NCBI GenBank assembly: GCA_043812975.1
Contig: JBDRLP010000001.1
Coordinates: forward strand, 1 to 52,421
Direction of reading: 5' to 3'
Source of the DNA: Candidatus Iainarchaeum sp.
Lineage (GTDB): Archaea > Iainarchaeota > Iainarchaeia > Iainarchaeales > Iainarchaeaceae
Length of the DNA stretch: 52,421 nucleotides
The notes below the pieces were generated by a model. That model saw only the letters and a program-made list of their open reading frames with translations. It was not told the DNA's origin and ran no database searches. Position numbers and translations under genes: made by a program. Every line of letters begins with the position of its first letter. The first letter of the stretch is position 1. Shown here in pieces: positions 18,341-26,237 of this stretch.

Positions 18341-19198
18341 TCACTCTTTTTTATCCTCAGCTTTTTCTTCTTTAACTTCTTCCTTTTTTTCTTCAGGCTT
18401 CTCTTCCTTTGCTGGTTTTTCCGCTTTTTTCTCTTCTTTTTTAGGTTCTTTCTTTTCCTTAACTTCAGTTTTTTCTTTAGTTTCCTTTACTTTTTTCTTC
18501 TTTTCTTCTTCTTTTGAAATTTCTTTAGTTGCATCTTTTGTTTCTTTTTCAGTTTCCTCAGTTTTTTCTTTTTGTACTTCGGAAGCTTCTTCTTTTCCTT
18601 TAATATAATCTGTAATCTTTTCCTTATCCGGGAAAACCGTGTCAGGATGCACAATTTTAATTTTAATCCCGATTGCTCCTACTTTAGGGTAAGCATCTGC
18701 TTTACCATAATCAACAAGTCTTGCTTGCTCTCCGACTTTTTTCAAATAACCATAAGCAATTCTCTGTTTTCTTTTTCTTCCCGCTTTTCCAGCAATCTTT
18801 CCGCTTAAAATAATTTCTAACCCCTGCGCTCCGGCTTTTTTGGTTTCGTTTACTGATTTAAACACAATACTTCTCCATGAGAATCCTCTTTCAATAAGAG
18901 CTTTCATCTTGTTTGCAACAGCTTGTGCATCAAGTTCAGGATTTTCAATTTCTCTAATCTCTAATTGCGGGTTATCAATGCCAAATCTGCTTCCGATTGT
19001 TTCTGTTAATTGTGTAATGTTGGAACCGCTTTTTCCGATTGCAAGCCCTGGTCTTGTAACATTAACAACAATTCTTGTTACTAATGGGGTTTTCACAATC
19101 TCTGATTTTGTAAAGCCGGCCCTTTCAAGTTCTTTTGAAAGATAATCGTCCAGTTCAAGTTTTTTTAATCCCTGTTCAATGAAATATTTTTCTATCAT
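18341..19198 (-). CDS. rps3: 30S ribosomal protein uS3 with Lys/Glu-rich C-terminal tail
   Basis: KTPLVTRI, RPGLAIGKSG, ERGFSWR; start at 19198 overlaps TAATG. Confidence 0.97.
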   Translation of the reverse strand: MIEKYFIEQGLKKLELDDYLSKELERAGFTKSEIVKTPLVTRIVVNVTRPGLAIGKSGSNITQLTETIGSRFGIDNPQLEIREIENPELDAQAVANKMKALIERGFSWRSIVFKSVNETKKAGAQGLEIILSGKIAGKAGRKRKQRIAYGYLKKVGEQARLVDYGKADAYPKVGAIGIKIKIVHPDTVFPDKEKITDYIKGKEEASEVQKEKTEETEKETKDATKEISKEEEKKKKVKETKEKTEVKEKKEPKKEEKKAEKPAKEEKPEEKKEEVKEEKAEDKKE

Positions 19199-19394
19199 TA
19201 TTTGGCCTCCATCCACAGTTTCGGCTGTGGGCTACGATAACCCAAGCTCCTTTCAGTCGCATGGGTTTGGCTCACTCCGTTCGCTATAATCATTATTTGG
19301 CCTCCATCCACAGTTTCGGCTGTGGGGTGCACGTACCATCTTCGCTTGTGCTCGATGCTACTTAAAATATTAAAAATCATTATTTGGCCTCCAT
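19194..19394 (+). repeat. Two tandem junction elements between three copies of a 19-bp uL22/uS3 junction
   Basis: ATCATTATTTGGCCTCCAT at 19194-19212, 19289-19307 and 19376-19394. Both inserts begin CCACAGTTTCGGCTGTGGG. Confidence 0.93.
19198..19380 (-). CDS. Bridge mini-ORF, 60 aa (MIFNILSSIEHKRRWYVHPTAETV...KLWMEAK)
   Basis: ATG overlaps the uL22 TAA; reads through both inserts; its TAA overlaps the uS3 ATG. Confidence 0.5.
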   Translation of the reverse strand: MIFNILSSIEHKRRWYVHPTAETVDGGQIMIIANGVSQTHATERSLGYRSPQPKLWMEAK

Positions 19395-19850
19395 TACAAC
19401 TATTTCCAAGTGGGTTGATTTACTCTGCCTTCTTTTACCTGAAATTCTCCCCTGACTCTGGTATGAAGCCCTCTGGAAGCCTTGGGATGCGAACATGTGT
19501 GTTATCAAAAGATTTTCTGAATCAAGACCTTTGTAATCTGCATTAGCCTGTACTGATTCAAGTAACTCAACAAAAGCAGCTAAACATCTTTTTGGATATC
19601 TCCCTATTTTTGTGAATCCTTTTGAGTCTCCTTTTTTGTGTCCGATTTTTTTGTTATATTTTCTTAATGGTAAGAATTCTTCTTCGTTAATTATTCTCTG
19701 TAACCATGCTAATGATTTGTCAACCCTTTTTCCTTTAATATTGCTGATGATTTCCACACTATATTTTAACGAAACCGGCTTGTTTTTCATCATAGCCTGT
19801 GCGGTTTTTTTGGAATTGATTTTCTGCACTTGCATTGTTTTCTTTACCAT
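19380..19850 (-). CDS. rpl22: 50S ribosomal protein uL22
   Basis: GRYPKRC, NADYKGLD, THLEIVV. Confidence 0.96.
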   Translation of the reverse strand: MVKKTMQVQKINSKKTAQAMMKNKPVSLKYSVEIISNIKGKRVDKSLAWLQRIINEEEFLPLRKYNKKIGHKKGDSKGFTKIGRYPKRCLAAFVELLESVQANADYKGLDSENLLITHMFASQGFQRASYQSQGRISGKRRQSKSTHLEIVVMEAK

Positions 19851-19854
19851 TTCA

Positions 19855-20256
19855 TCATCTCGCTGTTATTGCAGTTGAACTTCTTGTTGCTCCTATTCCT
19901 GCTTTTCCATGTACCAATCTCTTTCTTGTAAGAACCAATTCTCCTAAATAATGACCCAGCATTTTTTCCTTAATTTCTACATTCACAAAATCTTTTCCAT
20001 TATGAACTGCAACTGTAATTCCAACCATTGAAGGAACAACAAGATTGTCTCTGTTGTGTGTCTTTACTGGTTTCGGGTATTTTCCTGCTGTCAGTGTTTC
20101 CTGTGCTTTTGTCACTTTTTTCAGGAAGTGTTCGTCAATTCCTTTTAACAATGATCTTTTTGCTCTTGAAGGGCATAATTCTGCGAACTGTACGATTGAT
20201 AGTTCTTTCAGTTCTTCTATTGTTTTTCCTCTGAATGTGAATTCTTGTTTAACCAT
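19855..20256 (-). CDS. rps19: 30S ribosomal protein uS19
   Basis: FTFRGKTIEEL, KTHNRD, MLGHYLGE, GATRSS. Confidence 0.97.
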   Translation of the reverse strand: MVKQEFTFRGKTIEELKELSIVQFAELCPSRAKRSLLKGIDEHFLKKVTKAQETLTAGKYPKPVKTHNRDNLVVPSMVGITVAVHNGKDFVNVEIKEKMLGHYLGELVLTRKRLVHGKAGIGATRSSTAITAR

Positions 20257-20268
20257 GATTTAACCCCT

Positions 20269-20988
20269 TTACTTTTTTCTCCTTCCTGTTCTTGATGATG
20301 CAATGTCTCCAACTTTTCTTCCCGGAGCAGCCCTTCTTGAAGTGGACTTTGATTTTCCAGGGTGATGGTTAGCTCCACCAAATGGATGGTCTTTAGCGTT
20401 CATTGCAATTCCTCTTACTGTTGGGTATTTCTTGTGCTTTGCTTTCATTGAATGATATTTATTTCCTGCCTTTACAAATGGCTTGTCTCTTCTTCCTCCG
20501 GAACCAGCACAACCAATTGTTGCTCTGTTCTGTGGATTTAATTCCATTGTTTTTCCTGAAGGCATTTTAACATAAACTGTTTTTTTATCTTTAGTAATTA
20601 TCAAAGCGTAAGTTCCCGAACTTCTTACAAGGCTTCCTCCATCCCCTGGGATTTTTTCAACATTAAATATTGGGCATCCTTCTACACAATTTCCAATTGG
20701 TTTAACGTTTCCTATTTGTAAATCAGCGTCTGCTCCGTACTCAACTTTCTGGCCTACAAACATACCCTCTGCTGCTACACTATGCTGTTGTGAACCATTA
20801 TCAAACTCTATTTTTGAGAGAACTGATGTTCTTGCAGGATCATGAATAAGTTCAACAACTTCTCCTTTCAAAGTTTTTTCTGTCATTTCTGTATAATCAA
20901 CATACTGTGCTGGAGCTATGCCTCTTTGTGTTGCCACGAATACCGGGCTTCCTTTTCCTCTTCTCTGGGTTTTTAGTCTCTTAGGCAT
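20269..20988 (-). CDS. rpl2: 50S ribosomal protein uL2
   Basis: QRRGKGSP, HDPART, VRGIAMNAKDHPFGG, PGRKVG. Confidence 0.97.
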   Translation of the reverse strand: MPKRLKTQRRGKGSPVFVATQRGIAPAQYVDYTEMTEKTLKGEVVELIHDPARTSVLSKIEFDNGSQQHSVAAEGMFVGQKVEYGADADLQIGNVKPIGNCVEGCPIFNVEKIPGDGGSLVRSSGTYALIITKDKKTVYVKMPSGKTMELNPQNRATIGCAGSGGRRDKPFVKAGNKYHSMKAKHKKYPTVRGIAMNAKDHPFGGANHHPGKSKSTSRRAAPGRKVGDIASSRTGRRKK

Positions 20989-20989
20989 T

Positions 20990-21067
20990 TTATCTAACTC
21001 CAACGCCGTTTGCGATCGGCGGTACCGCGCCCACCTTTGGTAGGGCAGATGTATTTTTTATAGCCAT
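20990..21067 (-). CDS. Bridge mini-ORF, 25 aa ([25 protein letters not shown])
   Basis: ATG overlaps the uL23 TAA; its own TAA lies 1 nt before the uL2 ATG. Confidence 0.5.
   Translation of the reverse strand: MAIKNTSALPKVGAVPPIANGVGVR
21001..21047 (+). repeat. Junction element between uL23 and uL2
   Basis: CGCCG-TTTGCGAT-CGGCG plus GCCCACC-TTT-GGTAGGGC; closely matches the copy at 34207. Confidence 0.85.
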
Positions 21068-21546
21068 TATATTACACCTAACTTTGTAGCTATATCATCA
21101 GCTTTATATTTTTTGTCAATTGTAACAATTGCTTTCTTTCTTGATTTCATATCCTTAATGATGTTAACTGCGTTGACCTTAACTTTGTAAAGTCCTTCTA
21201 TTGATTTTTTTATGCTGATTTTATTAGCTTTTTTATCAACAATAAATGTAAGTTTGTTTTCTGCTTCAATCATGTTAACTGCTTTTTCTGTAATTAAAGG
21301 ATACTTAATAATTGTCAAACCTTCAATTTCTGCTTCAATTTCTTCTAAAGTTTTTTTCCCTTTCTTAACTTCCTTTTTCTTTTCTTTCTTTTCCTCTTTT
21401 TTATAATCTTCTTTTTTTGCTTCGGCTTTATGTGTGTGCTTTTCCCCTGCACCCTTACGGGTACCTTCGGCGGGACTTCCTTTGGTCGCAGCTTTCTTAG
21501 CTTCCTTTTTTGTTTTTACTTTTTTTTCTGTTTTTTTCTTAGCCAT
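21067..21546 (-). CDS. rpl23: 50S ribosomal protein uL23 with Lys/Glu-rich N-terminal extension
   Basis: [30 protein letters not shown]. Confidence 0.96.
   Translation of the reverse strand: MAKKKTEKKVKTKKEAKKAATKGSPAEGTRKGAGEKHTHKAEAKKEDYKKEEKKEKKKEVKKGKKTLEEIEAEIEGLTIIKYPLITEKAVNMIEAENKLTFIVDKKANKISIKKSIEGLYKVKVNAVNIIKDMKSRKKAIVTIDKKYKADDIATKLGVI
21444..21491 (+). repeat. Palindromic element copy, in frame in uL23 ([16 protein letters not shown])
   Basis: GCACCCTTACGGGTACCTTCGGCGGGACT identical to the copy at 36326. Confidence 0.92.
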
Positions 21547-21556
21547 TTCAATTCAC

Positions 21557-22459
21557 CTAAGCTTTTGCCTCACCCGAGCGTGCTCTTCCTCTGCGAGGAC
21601 CTAAGGGTCGGGAGGGAGCGTCCACCTTCGGTAGGACTTCCTTTTTTACTTCTTTCTTTTCACCAGCTAATTGTTTAATTGCATTCTCTGACCAGAGAGT
21701 TAATCTTCCCGGTAGAGTTCCTGGTGCTAAAAGATCAGCATTAATATTAACCGCACTTATAATGTCAACCCCTTCAAGGTTTCTTGCTGCTTTGTAAACA
21801 TTCTCTGGGTTTTCAACTACAATCAAAACACTTTTTCTTTTCTTGTATTTTCTTCCTCTCTTTTTTCCTTTTCCAGGTCTTAATTGTCTTTTACTCAAAG
21901 CCTTTTCTACATCCTGATAAACATCAATTGCTTTCAAAGCATCTCTAATATCTTTTGTTTTTGCAAGGGTTTCAAGCTTTGCTTCAACAACAATCGGAAA
22001 CTCTAATTTTTCTCCAAACTTGTGGCCTCTTTCTTTTACTAATTCTTTTTTTCCTGTTGCTGCGATTGCTGATTCAGTTGCCTGTCTTTTTTCTTTTTTA
22101 TTTATTTTTTCTTCCCATTCTTTGTTTGGCTTTGGAGGGTGTGCTTTTGGGCCTCCAACAACAGCCGGAATACTAGCAACGTGTCCTGAAAGGATTCCTC
22201 TTCTGTTTTTCAATCTTGGCTTTCTAGCATGGCCAACGTTAATTGTTCTGTGAATATTAGGTTTGTGCCTAGCTCCGATATATTCCGCAGTGTTTGCCCT
22301 TCCTGCTTCAGGTTTAGGGAAACTGTTTTGAACACCAGCAGACTGAATTGCCTGCACTGCTCTTTTAATAAGTGCTAGATTAATATCCGCAGAGAACTGC
22401 TTTGGTAAAGTAATATCAGGACCTTTTGTCCCATCCAAACCTAAAACACTAGCTTTCAT
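21557..22459 (-). CDS. rpl4: 50S ribosomal protein uL4
   Basis: VVGGPKAHPPK, KINKKEKR, RPGKGKKRGRKYK, LLAPGTLPGRLT. Confidence 0.97.
   Translation of the reverse strand: MKASVLGLDGTKGPDITLPKQFSADINLALIKRAVQAIQSAGVQNSFPKPEAGRANTAEYIGARHKPNIHRTINVGHARKPRLKNRRGILSGHVASIPAVVGGPKAHPPKPNKEWEEKINKKEKRQATESAIAATGKKELVKERGHKFGEKLEFPIVVEAKLETLAKTKDIRDALKAIDVYQDVEKALSKRQLRPGKGKKRGRKYKKRKSVLIVVENPENVYKAARNLEGVDIISAVNINADLLAPGTLPGRLTLWSENAIKQLAGEKKEVKKEVLPKVDAPSRPLGPRRGRARSGEAKA
21571..21638 (+). repeat. Palindromic element copy, in frame at the uL4 C-terminus (EVLPKVDAPSRPLGPRRGRARSG)
   Basis: GCGTCCACC-TTC-GGTAGGACT module plus CCTC-TGC-GAGG hairpin. Confidence 0.85.
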
Positions 22460-23634
22460 TTTTTAGCCTCCTTAGGTTCTTTCTTTACTTCTTTTTTCTC
22501 AGAATCTTTCTTTAGCTCTTCTTTTTTTGCCTCAGATTTGTCTTCTTTCTTTTCAGATTTAGGTTTTTCTTCCTTGTGTTCAGGCTTTTTTTCTTTCTTT
22601 GGTTCTTCCTTAGTTTCTGCTTTTTCTTCTGTTCCAAATGGTAATTGTAAATCAGTGTACTTTGCTAGATTAAGGTCGCCTTTTCTGATTGCATGTCTTA
22701 ATGCAATTGTTCTTTTTGCAGGCCCTGGAACTGAACCAACTACAACAATAAAATCACTTTTCAAAACTCCGTAGTTTGTTAATCCTTGTGGTGGGCTTAT
22801 TGTTTTTGGATCGTTTTCAACAAAAAGAATCCTCTTGTTGTATTCTGTTCTTGTATGATATCCCATTTGTCCTGGTCTTGGAACCGTCCACATTACTGTT
22901 GCTGGATGCCATGGTCCTATTGATCCAACAGCCCTGTGTTTTTTTGCTTTAGGCCTCTGGATTTTAATTCCGAATCTTTTTACTGGCCCCTGAAATCCTT
23001 TTCCTTTGTTTACTGCTTTAACATCAATAAATTCCTGTGCTTCAAAAACATCATTAATCCTGATTTCTTTTCCAAATTTTTCTTTTGCAAATGCTAATTG
23101 CTGTTCAACAGTTCCGTTAAGATTAAGTTCTGCAACATCTGCTTTCTTTTTTCCAATCCCTGTTTGGCTTGGTTGTAATTCTGATAAAAGTACGACTTTT
23201 ACTGTTTTTTCCTTGAATTTTTCAAGGTCTTCAAATTTAGAATAAGTTTTCGCTTCTTTCTTCTTTTTTCCTTGTTTTTTGAAAGCTTTTATTTTTTCTC
23301 TTAAATGCTTTCCTGGCTTGTCAATAGTAGCTTCTCCTAAAACTTTTAAGCCATCGATTGTTTTCTTGTAAGCCCTAGCTCCGATGATTTTGATTGGCGG
23401 ACATTCAATAATAGTAGCAGGAATTGCTGTATCAACCCCGAAATTTACGCTCTTTTCGTGTGAGTTCTTGCCAAAAATAGTGATCATTCCTGCTTTAAAT
23501 CCAAAGAAATTGATTGGTTTTGAGGATTCTGTTTCGATAGTTGGATAAGTAGAAAAATTAGCTAATTGCCTCTTAGCCCTCACCCTTGGGTAATAAGCTA
23601 AGCTTCCTGATCTGGGTTTATGTCCTCCGGCTAT
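22456..23634 (-). CDS. rpl3: 50S ribosomal protein uL3 (start codon problematic)
   Basis: HKPRSGSLAYYPRVRA lies upstream of the tracked GTG 23583; GFKAGM, KGKGFQGPVKRFG, PRPGQMGYHTRTE. Best in-frame start candidate is ATA 23634. Confidence 0.93.
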   Translation of the reverse strand: MAGGHKPRSGSLAYYPRVRAKRQLANFSTYPTIETESSKPINFFGFKAGMITIFGKNSHEKSVNFGVDTAIPATIIECPPIKIIGARAYKKTIDGLKVLGEATIDKPGKHLREKIKAFKKQGKKKKEAKTYSKFEDLEKFKEKTVKVVLLSELQPSQTGIGKKKADVAELNLNGTVEQQLAFAKEKFGKEIRINDVFEAQEFIDVKAVNKGKGFQGPVKRFGIKIQRPKAKKHRAVGSIGPWHPATVMWTVPRPGQMGYHTRTEYNKRILFVENDPKTISPPQGLTNYGVLKSDFIVVVGSVPGPAKRTIALRHAIRKGDLNLAKYTDLQLPFGTEEKAETKEEPKKEKKPEHKEEKPKSEKKEDKSEAKKEELKKDSEKKEVKKEPKEAKK

Positions 23635-23789
23635 TTTTGATCCATCCTAAAAACTATTTGGCGTTCTAATCCCTCTCACCAAAGGATTCCCCTGCTAAAT
23701 TCCGAAAAAAATAGACTTTTTCGGCATTTATATCCCAAAAAGATTTATTTGGAATACAGTGTGCACCAATCTAATAATCTGCATTGAAA

Positions 23790-23805
23790 GCCTTTAAAAA
23801 GGTAT
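23790..23805 (-). promoter_or_regulatory. Candidate TATA box for the uL3 operon
   Basis: TTTTTAAA at 23793-23800, about 160 nt upstream of rpl3. Confidence 0.45.
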
Positions 23806-23885
23806 TTGTCCGACTTTAATGCTCACTGCAGTAAACGTTTGCCCAGACTGGTTGTGTATTGGGTTGGCGTTTATCTGTATTGGTA

Positions 23886-23903
23886 TGTATTTATAGGTTT
23901 CTT
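23886..23903 (-). promoter_or_regulatory. Second candidate BRE/TATA
   Basis: AAGAAACC-TATAAATA on the minus strand. Confidence 0.4.
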
Positions 23904-23914
23904 AGAGATTAGAT

Positions 23915-25762
23915 TTATTCTCGTGAAACAAGAAATATTCCTATTAACAAAATAAGCAAAATTATCCCTAACAATAAACCATTATCGCTTAAGAATGAAA
24001 AACCAGTTGCCAAAAAACTATTATCCGGTTCTACTTGTTCGTTTCCGCCATCTATTGGAATGTGAACTTCAACTGTTTGAGGTTCTGGTCGGAAAGGTTC
24101 AGAAGCAACCTGAATAACATTAGTATACTTTTGTAAGTATTCTCTGTCATCAGCTTTAACATCAAAGAAGATTGTTCCGTCTTCATCCAAACCATTAATT
24201 GTTACAATTCTTTCACTTAATGTTTTTGGACTAATAGTAAATTCTTTTGGAGAAACTAAAACGTCATTAGAGTAAACTTTTACAGTAATAACTTCGTTGC
24301 TTGGATTATCTACTTCAAAACTCACAAAACCTGCTTTGCCCTTTACTTTAACCTCTGCAGGATTGTAAAGTTTAACCTGATCAAGTCCTGGTTCGTTTTC
24401 TAATCCATTAACTCTCACATAAAAAGTATCTGACGATAATGCGCAATTCATACCTGAATTAAAATGACCATTAATTGTAATGTAAGCACTTCCAGTACTG
24501 TCTTCCTCTGGGTCAGAACCATGAGCTCTTACTTTTATTGCAGTTGTCTGTCCTGAATAAACAGTGCTTAATTCTCTGTAAGCTTCGATTCCAAAATCAG
24601 GGCTGTAATCAACAGCTTCAATATTATCTATGTGGAAGTTTTCTGTTGAATAATTCCTGAAAGTAAAGTAAGCTGTTTTGTCATCATTTGCTTCAACGAC
24701 AAAGTTTTCTTCTCCGATTGAAAGAGAACTACAATTAGCTGTTGGAATCTGAGGTTCTTCATAATAAGTAACAATTGTTTCTGGCAATTCCTCTACATGA
24801 ACTGGAGTAGGAGTAACTTCTACCCATTCCTGTTGCGACTGAAAGGAGTCTCTTGCTACGTTGAAAGAAGTACTTCCCTGTGAATTACAATATGCTGTGC
24901 TTCCATTTACACAATCCTGTACGTAAGGTCGTACATTGCTTACTCCATTTACATTAACATAAAAGTCTCTTTCAAGATCAGAACCAGTACATCTGACTCC
25001 GTCTCTGAATGTTCCTGTAACATTAATAGTGGCCCTTCTTGCCTGACTTGTTACGTAAGGTTCAGCACTCAAATAAAACTCGATTCTTTCAGTTGAATTG
25101 CTTCTTACAACTCCGTCATGTCTTATGTTTGAAATATCAACATCAAAACCATCAACGTAAATGTAAACATTCTCCAAATCCATATCCATTGAGGAATAGT
25201 TGTTCACATAAAAAACAACGCTTCTTTCAGTTCCTGAATTGATAGTAACATTGTTCACATTCAAACTTGTTTCTCCGCAATCAGTTCTGACTGTAGGGTG
25301 ATAATTCTGTCCTGTTAGGGTAGCATTTCCAATGGCATAATTCCCCTGAGGCGCGTAATAAGTATCGTAAACCGTTGGAGGATAATAGTAAGCTCCGTAA
25401 TAACTTGGTGCGTAAGAATCAATCCATCCAGGGTAATAATTCCAATAATTGTTGTAATAGTAATAATCAGGTCCGTAGTAAGAGTAATAATTTGAATAAG
25501 GGTAATTTACAAAGCCGTCATCAAAAGTATACCATCCTGGTTCAAAGTAATGATAATCTCCGTAAGAGTAAACCCTGTACGGGTAATCAAAGTAGTACCA
25601 GCCGTCATAGTTGTATGAATAAGGTGTGGCTGAGTAATGGTAATTATTTCCTTTTGAAATTTCGAAATAAAAATTGTCGCTTTGATAGCTCAAGAAAAAC
25701 CCAGCACTTACAGTGCTTATCATGAATAGTAATGCTATTGCAAGTAATCCCCAAGCTTTCAA
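23915..25762 (-). CDS. Secreted, membrane-anchored surface protein: Tyr-rich N-terminal region, beta-rich repeated domains, C-terminal TM
   Basis: Signal peptide MKAWGLLAIALLFMISTVSA; Tyr/Asn/Pro-rich first 130 residues or so; C-terminal GLLLGIILLILLIGIFLV. Ig-like fold is inferred only. Confidence 0.8.
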   Translation of the reverse strand: MKAWGLLAIALLFMISTVSAGFFLSYQSDNFYFEISKGNNYHYSATPYSYNYDGWYYFDYPYRVYSYGDYHYFEPGWYTFDDGFVNYPYSNYYSYYGPDYYYYNNYWNYYPGWIDSYAPSYYGAYYYPPTVYDTYYAPQGNYAIGNATLTGQNYHPTVRTDCGETSLNVNNVTINSGTERSVVFYVNNYSSMDMDLENVYIYVDGFDVDISNIRHDGVVRSNSTERIEFYLSAEPYVTSQARRATINVTGTFRDGVRCTGSDLERDFYVNVNGVSNVRPYVQDCVNGSTAYCNSQGSTSFNVARDSFQSQQEWVEVTPTPVHVEELPETIVTYYEEPQIPTANCSSLSIGEENFVVEANDDKTAYFTFRNYSTENFHIDNIEAVDYSPDFGIEAYRELSTVYSGQTTAIKVRAHGSDPEEDSTGSAYITINGHFNSGMNCALSSDTFYVRVNGLENEPGLDQVKLYNPAEVKVKGKAGFVSFEVDNPSNEVITVKVYSNDVLVSPKEFTISPKTLSERIVTINGLDEDGTIFFDVKADDREYLQKYTNVIQVASEPFRPEPQTVEVHIPIDGGNEQVEPDNSFLATGFSFLSDNGLLLGIILLILLIGIFLVSRE

Positions 25763-25773
25763 GTTTTCAACCC

Positions 25774-26151
25774 CTAGCTAATCCATGAAGGATAATCGTA
25801 GTATCTGGTGTTGTAATTATATCCATTATTACTGGCGTAGTAGTAATAGTCTGGATAATAATCGTTGTAATAATTTGACCCGTAATAGTTCCCGTAATAG
25901 TTAGGGTAATAGTTGTTGTATCTCCCGTAATAGTCAGGAGCATATGACCAATAACTATCAGGGTAATATGAATTGTAATAGTAGCTGTCGTACTGGTATG
26001 GGGCTACATAGTAGTCCACGTAATAATCGTAATAATTTCCCGCATAAACTGTGTAGTGGTTTCTGTAAGCGCCATCATACACGTATGGGTAATAAGCACT
26101 TGCCTGTGCTGCAAAAAGAATTATTAATCCAAGAATCAACCATTGTTTCAA
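25774..26151 (-). CDS. Secreted Tyr-rich low-complexity protein (125 aa)
   Basis: Signal peptide MKQWLILGLIILFAAQASA; 44 Tyr in 106 mature residues; TTG start with GGGGG SD and upstream TTTATATA. Confidence 0.8.
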   Translation of the reverse strand: MKQWLILGLIILFAAQASAYYPYVYDGAYRNHYTVYAGNYYDYYVDYYVAPYQYDSYYYNSYYPDSYWSYAPDYYGRYNNYYPNYYGNYYGSNYYNDYYPDYYYYASNNGYNYNTRYYDYPSWIS

Positions 26152-26237
26152 AGTATATTCCCCCGGCTCTCAGAGCCTATACCTATTGCTGTTGAACACA
26201 TATATAAACCTTTTCCTTTGTTCACGGGATTAAGTTA

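Noticed and set aside
19194-19394. CRISPR array
   Set aside because: The repeats are a 19-bp copy of a gene junction, the spacers are related to each other and to the palindromic family, and no cas genes or leader are present.
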